Origin: Octopus sinensis
Lineage: Eukaryota
Assembly (NCBI RefSeq): GCF_006345805.1
Contig: NC_042999.1
Coordinates: 64,232,001 to 64,296,000 of the forward strand
Reading direction: 5' to 3'
DNA length: 64,000 nucleotides
Positions 51,201-62,843 of this stretch are shown here, one piece after another (position 1 is the first letter of the stretch; each line of letters starts with the position of its first letter). Position numbers and translations under genes: made by a program. The notes beneath the pieces were generated by a model. That model did not search any database. It worked only from the letters and a program-made list of their open reading frames with translations, and was not told the DNA's origin.

Positions 51201-51342
51201 CCGTGGAAGAGGTAGACCCAGGAAAACCTGGGACGAGGTGGTGAAGCACGACCTTCGAACTTTAGGCCTCACTGAGGAAATGACCAGAGACCGAGACCTT
51301 TGGAAATATTCTGTACGTGAGAAGACCAGGCAGGACAAGTGA
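48259..51342 (+). CDS. RTE polyprotein: AP endonuclease, reverse transcriptase and embedded PHD finger
   Basis: GTLNVGTL, QEIRW, GDFNGH, QIDYIL, PQHRLV; YRGIKL, FVDMEKAFDRV, GVHQGSVLSP, YADD; C4HC3 finger at 50557-50688; FRYLG; GRGRPRKTW. Confidence 0.95.
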   Translation: MISGKCKLSFQVQNTAAPHPRVSEAHTSHTLRVGTLNVGTLKGRSGEIVEMLERRRVDVCCMQEIRWRGGSARVLTGKGHRYKIFWAGNTDGVGGVGIIIAEKWIDRVIEVIRVSDRILKIRIVLHNRLATIISAYALQPGLPDGQKDSFYDTLLQTTSSTNDRDLLFVAGDFNGHVGRHAGGFHGVHGGYGYGSRNEEGTRLLEFCDANSLMVCNTNFRKPTSHLVTYRSGRHTSQIDYILARKRERWLLKNAKTFPGEECTPQHRLVVSDFRIRTKRATRRRPTWRRRVWKLKAPANGQRFRDMLLEAFDEVEGGIATHGVEDNWTFLRDNLLKAADQICGWNNIVDRAIRQKKQAWKAWKNGGSREGYQTARREARRQVYLARGEADKRKFANVLRREDERLEVFRVARQCVRENRDVVGEKCVRMEDGSLALNEDAKREAWRRHYERLLNEENEWDKESLPNVDPTEGPAIRVDSSVVAKAIRSMKTGKAPGPSGITAEMLKISGSVGYNLVTRIVNQVIHEGVIPNDWCSSILVNCYKGKGDALDTNNYRGIKLLDQVMKVTERVIAQLIRERVSLDEMQFGFVPGKSTTDAIFLVRQLQEKYLAKDKPLYLAFVDMEKAFDRVPRSLIWWSMRKLGIDEWLVRTVQAMYRDAVSKVRVGNMYTEEFKVEVGVHQGSVLSPLLFIIVLQAITEEFKTGCPWELLYADDLALIAESLSELEEKFQVWKEGLESRGLRVNLAKTKVLISRKVDNPQISSGRWPCSICRKGVGRNSIRCTQCKLWTHKRCSNVKGRLTGKIVFVCGRCSGALTSENLQKTTSVTFQGEKLEVVDSFRYLGDQVSSGGGCAESVTARIRIAWAKFRELLPLLVTKGLSLRVKGRLYDACVRTAMLHGSETWAVTAEDMRKLVRNEASMLRWMCNVSVHTRQSVSTLREMLYLRSISCGVQERRLRWYGHVARMDEDRCVRKCQSLAVEGTRGRGRPRKTWDEVVKHDLRTLGLTEEMTRDRDLWKYSVREKTRQDK

Positions 51343-51424
51343 GCCCAGCCCACTTATGAATGCCTTTCCTCCCTTGGACACAAAGACCGGTTGAGGCAAG
51401 CGAAGTCGATATAGAACCTCATCC

Positions 51425-51885
51425 GACGACAGACACCCATCCCAACCCCCCATGCTTGCGAAGACATGTTGGGGCAAGCGAAATCGAAATCGAAACCGAA
51501 TTGAACCAGCCAGGATCCCTGGCCTGGTGGTACGTAAAAAGCACTATCCGACTCGGGGCCGTGGCACGTAAAATACTCCAATGCGACCGTACGACAGGCA
51601 CCCATGCCAACCCCCTTTGCTTGTGAAGACATGTTGGGGCAAGCGAAATCGAAATCGAAATCGAATTGAACCAGCCAGGATCCCTGGTCTGGTGGTACGT
51701 AAAAAGCACTATCCGACTCGTGGCCGTGGCACGTAAAATACTCCAATGCGACCGTACGACAGGCACCCTTGCCAACCCCCTTTGCTTGTGAAGACATGTT
51801 GGGGCAAGCGAAATCGTAATCGAATTGAACCAGCCAGGATCCCTGGTCTGGTGGTACGTAAAAAGCACTATCCGACTCGTGGCCG
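51425..51885 (+). repeat. 165-bp tandem repeat x2.7 in the RTE 3' UTR
   Basis: GACATGTTGGGGCAAGCG at 51463, 51628 and 51793. Confidence 0.92.
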
Positions 51886-52171
51886 ATGCCAGCACCGCCT
51901 CGACTGGCTTCCGTGCCGGTGGCACATAAAATACACCAATCTGACCGTGGCCGTTGCCAGCCCCGCCTGGCACCTGTGCAGGTGGCACGTAAAAAGCACC
52001 CACTACACTCACGGAGTGGTTGGCGTTAGGAAGGGCATCCAGCTGTAGAAACATTGCCAAATTAGACTGGAGCCTGGTGCAGCCTTCTGGCTTCCCAGAA
52101 CCCCGGTCGAACCGTCCAACCCATGCTAGCATGGAGAACGGACGTTAAACGACGATGATGATGATGATATA

Positions 52172-52350
52172 CAAAGTTGGCCAAAAGTCACCTGAGAGTA
52201 AATCAAAATTCCATAAATACTTAATATTCAATTTTATTTATTCATTTGGAAAAATATATTGCTCAAGAAGGACTTCAGTTTGAACAATTTTTATGATGTT
52301 TCATATTTAAATGCTTTTGATTTACTGTCAGGTGACTTTTGCCCAAACCT
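52172..52350. mobile_element. Tc1/mariner-type MITE (~180 bp) directly after the RTE tail
   Basis: TA-CAAAGTTGGCCAAAAGTCACCTGA ... TCAGGTGACTTTTGCCCAAAC. Confidence 0.7.
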
Positions 52351-53109
52351 AAGCATTGGTCAGCTTGAGCTATAGTAGGAGACACTTGCCCAAGATACCA
52401 TGCAGTAGGACTAGAACCCAAAACTACAAGGTTACAAAGCAAATACGTACATTCTTTCCACCACCGTCCCACCACACCAATAAATTTATCTTTGTCATAC
52501 TTCTACTCTCACTTTGTGAGCTATGAGCCCCACTTTCCTAATCTAGTGGTGGTGCCACAAAAAGACATCCAGGACACTGTAAAGTGGTTGGTGTTAGAAA
52601 GGAACCATGACAAAACTGTGACACTGGAGCAAGATGTGGTCCTCTGACACATTGGACTCTGTTGAACACTCCAGCCCTCACTGCTATTATATCTCCTTTT
52701 TATCATTGCCCAGTCATTTCACACATTAAGCAGCAATGTTCTAATTTAAACCACTTTAGTCACTAAATATAAAATGAATACAAAATCAAAAACAACAATA
52801 CATTATAAAACATAAAGGGAACAGTGTTTCCAATTGCTGTCAATCTGAAAGGGAGGAGAATACACACACACTCATATAGAGTGAGGAAACTGAATGTGGA
52901 GTTTGTGATACAATTGTCAACTGTAACATGTTAGTATTTACACTGACCATATCTGGCCCAAATATTCTCACAATTACACTAAAACAACATCGCAAAAATA
53001 AACATCATCACATCATCATCATGGTATAATGTCCATTTTCCATGCTAGCAAGGGTTGGACAGTTCGACCAGGGTCTGGGAAGCCAGGAGGCAGCACCAGG
53101 TTTAGGGTT

Positions 53110-53582
53110 AGAATGAAATACAACACCAATAATGAAGATTGATTATCAACAATATGATTTAATCTAAGAGATGATTCCACAACACTATGGGGTATGTTGT
53201 TTGTTTTGTTTTAAACATTCTTTTAGTATATTTAATATTTAACAAAAAATGAATATCTAAATTACTAAATTTATTCCTAAGAACTTACTTGAAGTAGCTA
53301 AAGCTATAAATAATAGCATGTAGAATATTCAATTAAAAATATGCTTAGATAGAATAGAAAAAGTCAAAGTCTCTCAGGCAGCCTTTGACTTTATCCTATC
53401 CAAGGATAATTTATAGCTTTATCAACTTCAAGCTGCACCTTTAAAAGTGACTTATTAATTCATAAATATATTTTCTTGTTAAGCTGTCTTACATCTAGTT
53501 CTTCCATCAAAGCAAAATAAATAGGATGGTTCATTGCTGGAGTAATTATTTTTACAGCTGAAATGTCCTTCCTCACCTTGAC
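53110..53582 (+). repeat. ~470-bp direct duplication, copy 1 (copy 2 at 56355-56811)
   Basis: AGAATGAAATACAACACCAAT...GAAATGTCCTTCCT shared at high identity. Confidence 0.9.
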
Positions 53583-53732
53583 TAGTCTGATCTGGCAGTG
53601 TTTCTACAGCTGGATGCCCTTCCTAACGTCAACCATGAAGCAGTGAGAATATGGATGATGAATTCAAAGCAATGTGAATAAAATAAGCATTACATTTGAC
53701 AGAGTAATCTGAATGTTAAAGGGTAGACCAAC

Positions 53733-53970
53733 CTTGAACCACGATTGAATGCTGCTTGTGGAGTTTGCTGTGGCTGTTGTGCCATAAAGCCGGGACCTTG
53801 CCGTTGGGATTGGTTAGCTGGAGGCTGTATACCTTGCATCATTGCTGGATTCTGAGCATTTGGGTAACTCTGACCAAAGTTCTGTGATAGCATGCCACTT
53901 GACACAGGATCCATGACAGCTGGCTGCTGGATTGGCATGCCATTGTAGGAGTGGTAACTTGGATTCATGC
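53733..53970 (-). CDS. MED12: MED12 internal exon (238 nt, phase 1 to 2; GMNPSYHSY..FNRGS)
   Basis: TTTCCTAG acceptor and AAG/GTTGGT donor. Phases fit both neighbours. P/Q-rich. Confidence 0.82.
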
Positions 53971-54964
53971 CTAGGAAATAAGGTAACAACAGCAATTGTA
54001 TAGCAAGACAAGTGACAGTGACAAAACAAGAGATTCATCAAAACAGTACCAAAATGAAGGGTGTTGGTGCCTGGTCCCAGGTAAGGCCCAAGCTACACAT
54101 GATCAAAGACATTCCAGACATAATCATCACAACTTTAATTCATGTAGTCCTAGATATATTAAACATCACCTGAGCCACAAAATAAAGATTCACTTTCAAT
54201 ACTTACTGTGTGTGTGTGTGTGTGTAAAAATATTCCACACTATCCCTAACTATTTCCTAATAAATCACAGAATTACATTATCCCAAGAATTATGTATTAA
54301 TAATGGTTGCTTGTGTCATTTAATTTCTGTATTAGTCTGGGGTTTTACAAATTCAGGCTGCTTCCATAATTTCTGTATTCTTGAAGCTATTTTGCAGTAT
54401 GTATTGTTTATTCCTGGTCTCTCAAATTGATGATGGTATTTCACAATGTGAGCGGCATAGCTTTAAACCAATTAGGCTTAAACACTAAGTACCCTCAGCT
54501 AAAGTATGAACATCACAGATTCCACACCATTTTCACCTAAGCATATTCAAAACAACCAAAGCAATTCTAGCCAAATAATTCCAACTGAGAATCAAAACCT
54601 TTCCACTTTATTCAAACATCCATGACAATCATGGACAAACTGCATCCCATGGCACTTTCTGAATGGCACATTTAATGAAAAATTACTTGAAATTCTTTTT
54701 AGTAGTGCAGTCCTACCTGATGATTAACCATATCACATGCAGCCTTCTTTTCAAAAAAGGTTGCCCATGCTTGGTCTATGCCATCATGGTTTTATCATCA
54801 TCATCATCATTTACTGCCCAATTTTCCATGATTGCATGGGTTGGATGGAGTTTACTGAGGCAAATTTTCTACAGCCAGATGCCCTTCTAATCATCAACCC
54901 TCACCTGTTTTTCCAAGTAAGGTAATATTTCCTATAGCCAGTCATTCTTGCAGAATATTGGAAA

Positions 54965-55897
54965 CTAGCAGACATACCCGGCGTTGCTCGGGATTTAAAT
55001 GGCATAGTTTGTATATATGATACAGTTAAGTTGAAGTATGTGATACAGGGAAGTGCAGCATTGACAAAATATTTGTGGAGTAAATGAAAGGCTAATTTGA
55101 CTCAATGACATGTCATGCATCTGTTTGGAAGATTCCAGCCCCTAACCTTGTCATGGAAAAGTGAGTGGGGTTATGTGATTTTTGAACGCATCAAAAAGCT
55201 CTCAGTGGTTATGCTCTCCTTTGCAGCTATCGGCACTATTGCTATCACACTGAACAATCAGCAGACATAGGAACTACATCTGAGTGATAAATTAAGCCTA
55301 TGGGTACGTTCAACAGCACCATGACAGAAATCTTCGTGAAAGAAACAACGTGGTAAGATCGGGTGGGGATTGGCTGAAGCTGTTAATGCAGCATTCCTGG
55401 CCAGACAAATACTACGCTGCTCATCACTTTCCATTGCCCTTGCAGTAGCTGTACATACAGCATTTTGTGATTGTCTAATTGAAATCTCACGTGATGATTC
55501 ATTTGCTCCCCTTCTTTTCAATTTCTCTGCTAATGCCATTTTTTGGATCTCTTCTTTGGAGACATTATGTCAAAAAATATGACATAATAAACTAAGATGA
55601 CAATTGTATGTTAATAATAATCTAATGTCAATAAAAAAAGGTAAATAATATCAATATTTCAGCAAATTTTAAGAAAAAGTTACTTCCCAAAGAGTTACCT
55701 CCCTTCTCTACAGAAGTTGTACTTTCCCCAGGAAAGGGGGCTTTCTGGTCCCAGAGGACCCATTACTCATTATGAGAAAAATTTTAAGAGTCTAAAGCCA
55801 TCTCAGGAACATAAGCAATGTATGTTCCCAGTTTGAAGAAGAAAATCAGTTGCAAACTTCTGAAGTTATGCAGGTTTACACACGCACAAATACTGAG

Positions 55898-55940
<43 letters not shown>
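54965..55940 (-). mobile_element. Non-autonomous Helitron (976 bp)
   Basis: Minus strand: A|TC at the 5' end, hairpin CCCGAGCAACGCCGGG just upstream of the CTAG|T 3' end. Internal remnant resembles a RepHel N-terminus. Confidence 0.8.
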
Positions 55941-56354
55941 TGAATGACATTACTTGTGACACACACACACATACTGAGCTTCTTTCCATTTCTGTTTACT
56001 GAATTCATTCACAAAGCTTTGTTCATCCTGGTGCTGCAATAGAAGTTGCTTGCCCAAAGTGTCACATAGTGGGTCTGGATCCTAAACCATGCAGTTGGGA
56101 AACAAACTTCTTGACCACAGAGCCATGCCAGTACCTTGTAGCCACAGATATTGGCTTCAAATTTTGGCACAAGGTCAGTGATTTCAGGGCAGGTTGAATA
56201 CAATGACCCCAGTGCTCAAATGGTACTTAATTTATCGATCTTGAGAAGATGAAAGGTAAAGGCGATCTCAGTGGAATTTGAACCTTGGATGTAAATATGG
56301 ACAACATGTTGCAAAACATTTTGCCTGCCATGCTCACAGTTCCCAGCTTATTAC

Positions 56355-56811
56355 AGAATGAAATACAACACCAATAACAAAGATTGATTATCAACAATAT
56401 GGTTTAATCTAAGAGATGATTCCACAACACTATGGGGTACGTTGTTTGTTTTGTTTTAAACATTCTTTTAGTATATTTAATATGAACATCTTAAAGGATA
56501 AAATTTATTCATAAGTACTTGAAGTAGCTAAAGCTATAAATAATAGCATGTAGAATATTGAATTAAAAATATGCTTAGATAGATAGAAAAAGTCAAAGTC
56601 TCTCAGGCAGCCTTTGACTTTATCCTATCCAAGGATAATTTATAGCTTTATCAACTTCAAGCTGCACCTTTAAAAGTGACTTATTAATTCATAAATATAT
56701 TTTCTTGTTAAACAGTCTTACATCTAGTTCTTCCATCAAAGCAAAATAAATAAGATAGTACATTGCTGGAGTAATTACTTTTACAATTGAAATGTCCTTC
56801 CTTGCCTTGAC
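56355..56811 (+). repeat. ~460-bp direct duplication, copy 2
   Basis: See 53110-53582. Confidence 0.9.
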
Positions 56812-57194
56812 CATTCAGCCATAAAGACTAAGTGAAGCCTTTTACTTTCTTTTTTTTCAGTTCAGTCAAGCAAATTGGGGCAAGAACATTAAATAATAAT
56901 AATAATAATGATAATAATAATAAAACCCTTAAAATAAGATAAATTTGTTTGTCATGAAAAGAATTGATTTCTGATATTTTTCATCAAAAAAGAGCCTTGC
57001 CCCAGAATGTTTCCCTTCTCTTTCACAAATCAAGAATTTTGAGAATTTATATTTTTCCCAGGAATAAGTATCTAGATGTCTTTGCTTTGATGTATGAAAG
57101 TAGTAACATTTTAACCATGAAGTCTGAAGCCTAATACATTAACCTCATGTCATCATCCTCATCATAGGTGATGATCTCTAATTGTAGCAAGAGC

Positions 57195-57600
57195 ATGTGG
57201 AGCAGGTAGACCGAGGAAGATGTGGGATCAAGTGGTAAAAAAGGACCAACAGACGTTGGGACTCACAAAGGGGATGATAGGGGAAAGAGACTCCTGGCGG
57301 TTTGCTGTGCTTGGAAAAACACATCAAGCTAAGTAAAAGTGTGATTACCCTTGCATACGGGCTCATCCCCTGCAACCCTTTCCAGCTGAGCATCCCTAAT
57401 CTTACAGGCTCATAGGTGCTGGTGCCACGTAAAAAGCACCTGCATGAAAGTACCCAGTACACTCTTTAAAATGTGGTTGGTGTTAGGAAGGGCATCCAGC
57501 TGTAGAAACTATGCCGAAACAGACATGGAGCCTGAACAGCCCTTCAGCTCCTGTCAACCCATGCCAGCATAGAAAACTGAAAATTTAAATGATGATGAAG
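57195..57600 (+). mobile_element. Diverged 5'-truncated RTE 3' end
   Basis: GRPRKMWDQVVKKDQQTLGL..KTHQAK* parallels the end of the 48259 ORF. 3' UTR and (GAT)n tail. Confidence 0.75.
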
Positions 57601-58835
57601 ACAATTCTATGCTAATAAGGGTTGGTCGTTTTGACAGGAAGCAATGGGTCCAAGGGCTGCATCATGCTCCTATGTCTGTCCTGGCATGGTTTCTATGATC
57701 AGAGGCCCTTCCTAATGCCAATCACTTAACAGCATATACTGGGTGCTTTTGTCAGGCCACCAATACTAGTGAGATAGCCATGTAGCTCGTAAGACTATGA
57801 ACCGAGAGAGTGGCATCTTTATGCTAGATGTGAGGTTTAAAGCATGAGAGAAAAAAAGGCAGACTAGAGCAGGTTTCTTGCTGTAGAGGGGTTACATAGC
57901 TATTCACATTTTTGGAAGAGAAGATGGAAGGTGATCAGAGTGAAGCAGAGAAGAGAAAAGAGATAAAAACAGCAATGATAAGGTGTCAGTGTGGACCAAG
58001 ACAAAATGAGTAGAACAGAATGGGGGGGGGGGGTTAAAGCTTGCAGGAGTGTATAGGTGAGTTGGAGATGGGGAATGGAAGGAACAGTGAATATAATCTT
58101 TTCTACTCTAGGCATAAGGCCTGAAATTTTGGGGGGGGGGAGGGGCCAGTCGATTAGATTGATCCCAGTACAGAACTGGTACTTAATTTATTGACCCCGA
58201 AAAGATGAAAGGCAAAGTTGACCTCGGCGGAATTTGAACTCAGAACATAAAGACAGTGAATATAATGAAGAACAAATGTTGAGTGAATGACAAGTAGAGG
58301 GGACAGGGAAGAGTAGGTGATGACTGTAGAGATTAGACAGGGTTGAGGAATGGAAGTAGTGGATGTTGGATAAGGAGTGAGGATGACCAATGATGCACGG
58401 GGGACGGGGAGAAGAGTAACAGAAACCTAGTGAAAGGAAGGAGGAGAAAAAGAGAGACAGGTAGAGTGCATGGGCAGAGTGAGAGACATATGGATATGGT
58501 GATGGAGAAGATGAGATGACCAAGTAGCTTGTAGTGATGTTAATGTAAAATGTTGGTGAAGGACAGTATTAAGGATGAGGGACGGGTATAACATGAAGTG
58601 CCTCTGAATGGTGAAAAACATTAGTGTCTCAAAGAAAAGCTGCAAGCCATTCACAGCAATTGTATTCCACAATAATTAGTTTTATATATTTAATAATTCT
58701 CCATTTGTTACCATATTAGCATAGGTTATGCAAACATTAGTAAATTTATAAGTGGTGAAATGATAGTAATTATTAAATTAAAAATAACTGAAGTGATACA
58801 ATTAGAGAATCCTTTAAGATTGAGTAAGTCCTCAC

Positions 58836-59159
58836 CTTGAGTTTGTGTCATGTGATGCAAAGTTGCTTGAGGGTTTCCGGCTAGCTGGGGATTGTAGTGT
58901 GGTTGAGTATCAGGTGGTGCTCCTACTGGGTGTCCTCGCTGGAGATTTTGCTGGTGCTGAGCTTGGGCTCGCAATGACTGACGTATGATTTGGCTGCGCT
59001 GTTTGGACTGCATCATCTGTATACTGGGGAAAGCTTGCTGCTGTGTGTTGTGTTGGATGTATCCCTGAGTGGCCGGCTGGCGCGCCCGCAGCATGGTACG
59101 TAGCTCTTGCTTGGGACTGTTATACTGCGGAGACGCGAACCTTGCTGCTGCCGGACCTC
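58836..59159 (-). CDS. MED12: MED12 internal exon (324 nt, phase 1 to 1; GGPAAARF..TQTQ)
   Basis: GCACTAG acceptor and AAG/GTGAGG donor. Open reading frame, PQL-like composition. Confidence 0.85.
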
Positions 59160-59354
59160 CTAGTGCAAGTGAGATGTAGTTAAGCAGGGACTAAATAAGG
59201 TATGACATTCCAAAACCACAACCCTGGGGCCCTTTTAGTACTTCATAGAGGCACAGGGGAAAAACATCAAAACATCAATACAAATTGAATACTAATCATG
59301 TCATGGCATCTCTACTGTCTAAATCCATCAGGACTGGTGTCCACAGCTCAGGCA

Positions 59355-59649
59355 CATGGCCTAGTGGTTAGAGCAGCGGACTCACGATCAAGGGATTGCG
59401 GGTTCGAATCTCAGACCAGGCGATGTGTGTGTTTATGAGCGAAACACCTAAGCTCCACATGGCTCCGGCAGAAGGTAATGGTGAACTTCTGCTGACTCTT
59501 TCGCCACAGCTTTCTCTCACTCTTTCCTCCTGCATGTTGCAGCTCACCTGCGACGGACTGGCGTCCCGTCCTGGTGAGGAACCTATATGCCAAGTAAACT
59601 GGGAAACCGGCCCTTATGAGCCAGGCATGGCACAAGAAGGCACAAACAA
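59355..59649 (+). mobile_element. SINE family C (tail type 3) with 12-bp TSD
   Basis: tRNA-like head TGGCCTAGTGGTTAGAGCAGCGG..GGTTCGAATCTC. ACAGCTCAGGCA at 59343-59354 and 59650-59661. Confidence 0.78.
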
Positions 59650-59699
59650 ACAGCTCAGGCATACATAGAGCCATCTCTACTGCCTACAGATAGATTTGG

Positions 59700-59900
59700 A
59701 GGAGTGTCTACAGAGCAGATACAGACAGAAGTGGATCTACTATGCAGATACCCATACAGAAGTGTGTTTACAGAGCAGAGACATGGTCAGAGGTGTGTCA
59801 ACTGAACATACACACATATAGAGGTGTGTCTATAGAGCAGAAACATATAGAGGCGTATCCACTGGGCAGATCATAGACAGAGGTGTGTCTACAAAACAGA
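59700..59900. repeat. Degenerate ~30-bp minisatellite x7
   Basis: AGGTGTGTCTACAGAGCAGA(T/A)ACA(T/G)ACAG-like units. Confidence 0.7.
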
Positions 59901-60481
59901 TATATATATATATATATATATATGAATGTGTATCCACAAAACTGATAGACAAGTAGTGTCTTGAAAATGTCTTAGACAGGGTTATATCCAATAGCAATAG
60001 ATATCTTGTCCAAGGGCAAGTAAAGTTATGTCAGCTGCCTACAAACAGAAAGCAAAGTGTTCACCATCTAGACACATGTAGAATTATGACCAGAGACATG
60101 TAGATTCACTGTTCAAAGACATGCTGCATTGAGAGTCAGAAATATATATCATAACAGTGATAGAATGGTAGTAGAACTGCAACAATGAATTATATACCTC
60201 ATCCTTATAAAGGAGTCTGAGGAAATTAAATGCATAATTTAAATTAAATCATTTGGCATATAAGAAACTAGTTGGAACAACACAAAATAAAACATATCAG
60301 AAATATTAAAACTAAAAGGCTTTATACAATACAAACACTCTTCTATATTGGTAATAAAAAAATCATTTCATAATTGTTAATAAAAGAAAAAAAAAACTCA
60401 AAAACTTGTGTGAAAGAGTTAATGTAAACATTAAAACAATGTAAGGAAATTATGAGGGTAAACAATAACAGTATCACTTAC

Positions 60482-60605
60482 CAGGAGGCAAATGCTGTGT
60501 GGAATAATAAGGAGACTGTTGCTGTGGTGGACCGTACCAATTTGGAGGGGGTCCAGGTTGGTAGATATCTTGACCATAATTAACTCGATGAGGAATTGGT
60601 TGGTG
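60482..60605 (-). CDS. MED12: MED12 internal exon (124 nt, phase 0 to 1; HQPIPHRVNY..QHLPP)
   Basis: TGATTCAG acceptor and G/GTAAGT donor. Confidence 0.85.
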
Positions 60606-60719
60606 CTGAATCAGAAAGGATTATGGGGAGAAAATGAAAAACCCTTCAAGTTTGTACCTACAATACACATATAATGTGTCCATGCGTGTGTATGCATGCG
60701 TGTGTACACATACACACAC

Positions 60720-60960
60720 ATGCATCCATCATCATCATTTAATATCTGTCTTCCATGCAGGCATGGACTGGATGGTTTGACAGGAGTTGCTAAGCTAGAG
60801 CTGTGCCAAATGCCACTCTCTTCCTTGGCATGGTTTCTATGGTTGGATGTCCTCCCTAATGCCAACCCCTTTACAGAGTGGACTGGGTGCTTTTTTATGC
60901 AACACCAACACTTGGCAAAGTCTGCTATGGCATGGCTTTTACAGTTGGATGCCCTTCCTA
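60720..60960 (-). mobile_element. Diverged RTE 3' UTR fragment
   Basis: (CAT)n, CCATGC..GGATGGTTTGAC and GGATGTCCTCCCTAATGCCAACC motifs. Confidence 0.6.
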
Positions 60961-61878
60961 ATATATTTCACATACAAACACACATCACCATAATAATCTG
61001 CTTGCTTTTATGTGTCAAAATAGCAGAGTGGTAAAAATACAGCACTGAACTACCAGTTCAGGGGTTTGAATACACTGCCACATTTTTTAACAGAATGTTT
61101 TACTTAGGACATTTAGCAACAGACAGGAATTTCCAACACCAAAGTCCACAGGTCATCATGCCAAGGTGTAGAGTAGCTTAGTAGATATGCATAGAGTATC
61201 TACAGCACATTAAATTCATCCTGGCCAGGACATCCACCAATTGGTAGATTGCTTTCTTGTCCACAAGGCATTTCCATTGTTTTATCATTTATCTGTTTCA
61301 GTCATTGGACTGCGGCCATGCTGGAGCACTGCTTTGAAGGGCTTAGTTGAACAAGCTAACCTTAGTACTTACTTGTTTTTTTCAAGTCTGGTACTTATTC
61401 CATCAGTGTCTTTTGCCAAATTGTTAAGTAACAGGACCACATAAAAACAAACCAATCTGGCTGACAAGCAATGAGTGAGGAGACAAACATGGTCACAAAG
61501 ACACCCCCCACACCACACACCATGTCCACAGTTTCTGTCTAACTAATTCACTTACAATGCTAGGGCTATAGTAAAAAAACACTTGCCCAAGGTGCCTTGC
61601 AGTGAAATTGAACTCCAAACCATGTGGTTGCTAAGGAAACTCCTAAATCACACTGCCATGAAGATTATGACAGACCCTGTAGAAAGCAAAACAAATACAT
61701 ACAGCAAGAGAAACCCAGTCCTCAGATAAATCCCAGCCAGAGAAATCTTGTCATTATATAAACACAACGAGGGGAATCTAGTCATCATGTAAGCACAACT
61801 ACAGGATAATTTGTCATACAAACGCAAATGCCACCTACTGAGAGAATATATAATGAAATTAGAAGTGAATGACCCTAC

Positions 61879-61983
61879 CTGCATATAGGAATTGGTAGTC
61901 CTGGGGTTACGTCGCCGCCTCTGGTGCTTCTTCTTACTGAGATCATCTTTACTGTTTTCAGCAGGTTCTTTTGGCTTCTCCTC
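61879..61983 (-). CDS. MED12: MED12 internal exon (105 nt, phase 0; EEKPKEP..KKKHQRRRRN..YMQ)
   Basis: GTTACAG acceptor and CAG/GTAGGG donor. Basic cluster at the same position as in vertebrate MED12. Confidence 0.87.
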
Positions 61984-62478
61984 CTGTAACTAATAAATAA
62001 CATGACATTATGTATTAGAATATGTGAGTGTGAGTGTAAGACTAAAGAGTTCCCTCAACTGAGTGGGAGTATGGTAGAAAGGAAGGGCAGCCTTATGCTA
62101 GCATTGCTCAGGCTGAAAAGTAGATAGAAATGGCCCTGAACTGTTCCTAGTGAAAGCAAGCTCTATAACGCTGTTGCATTTCTCTTGAAAAGTTACCTTT
62201 TATGCAAGAAATACACGTACAACAATCTGGGATCTAATCCACTATGCTACTGATAGGTGCTCAATAGCAGTTCTATGTTTAGTAATTTAAATTTGTCAAT
62301 GATAAATATCTACTTCAAGAATATTACATAGAGTTAATTCAAGCATATTAAACAAAATTAATTAAATGTGAATGGAATTTTATTTAATCGGAAGTTATTA
62401 TAAAACATAATATATTAACTTTTATTCTTGAAATTCTATATGAAAAAGTATACTTTACAAGAAAGTATTAAGAAAATA

Positions 62479-62524
62479 TTCAACAAAAAGTATTGGGAGT
62501 TCAATAAAAATCATGTTTGTTTGG

Positions 62525-62562
<38 letters not shown>

Positions 62563-62610
62563 TACCAAACAAACATGATTTTTATTGAACTCCTAATACT
62601 TTTTGTTGAA
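62479..62610. repeat. Hairpin: 48-bp arms around a (TA)n loop
   Basis: 62479-62526 versus 62563-62610, one mismatch. Confidence 0.9.
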
Positions 62611-62799
62611 AACTGTCTTTAACATTTTCTTATTATTATCAAAGAATGTATATATGTATTTTAATACTTTTGTGACAACCAGTACTTAACACAACAAACC
62701 TTATACAAAGCTTTACATTTTACTTTTGACAATATTTTTCTAAAAAAGTGAAACCAGTCAAGTGAATAAATATCTTTAAAATTGCATATTCAAACCTTT

Positions 62800-62843
<44 letters not shown>

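Larger units (their letters stand above)
48102..52168 (+). mobile_element. Near full-length RTE-clade LINE, antisense within a MED12 intron
   Basis: Single 1027-aa ORF, ~830-nt 3' UTR and (GAT)n tail. Many dispersed truncated copies of its 3' end in the window. Confidence 0.95.

Noticed and set aside
48312-52132. Antisense and alternate-frame ORFs over the RTE, including 51354-51797
   Set aside because: They are shadows of the LINE ORF or products of the 165-bp UTR repeat, with no recognisable domains.
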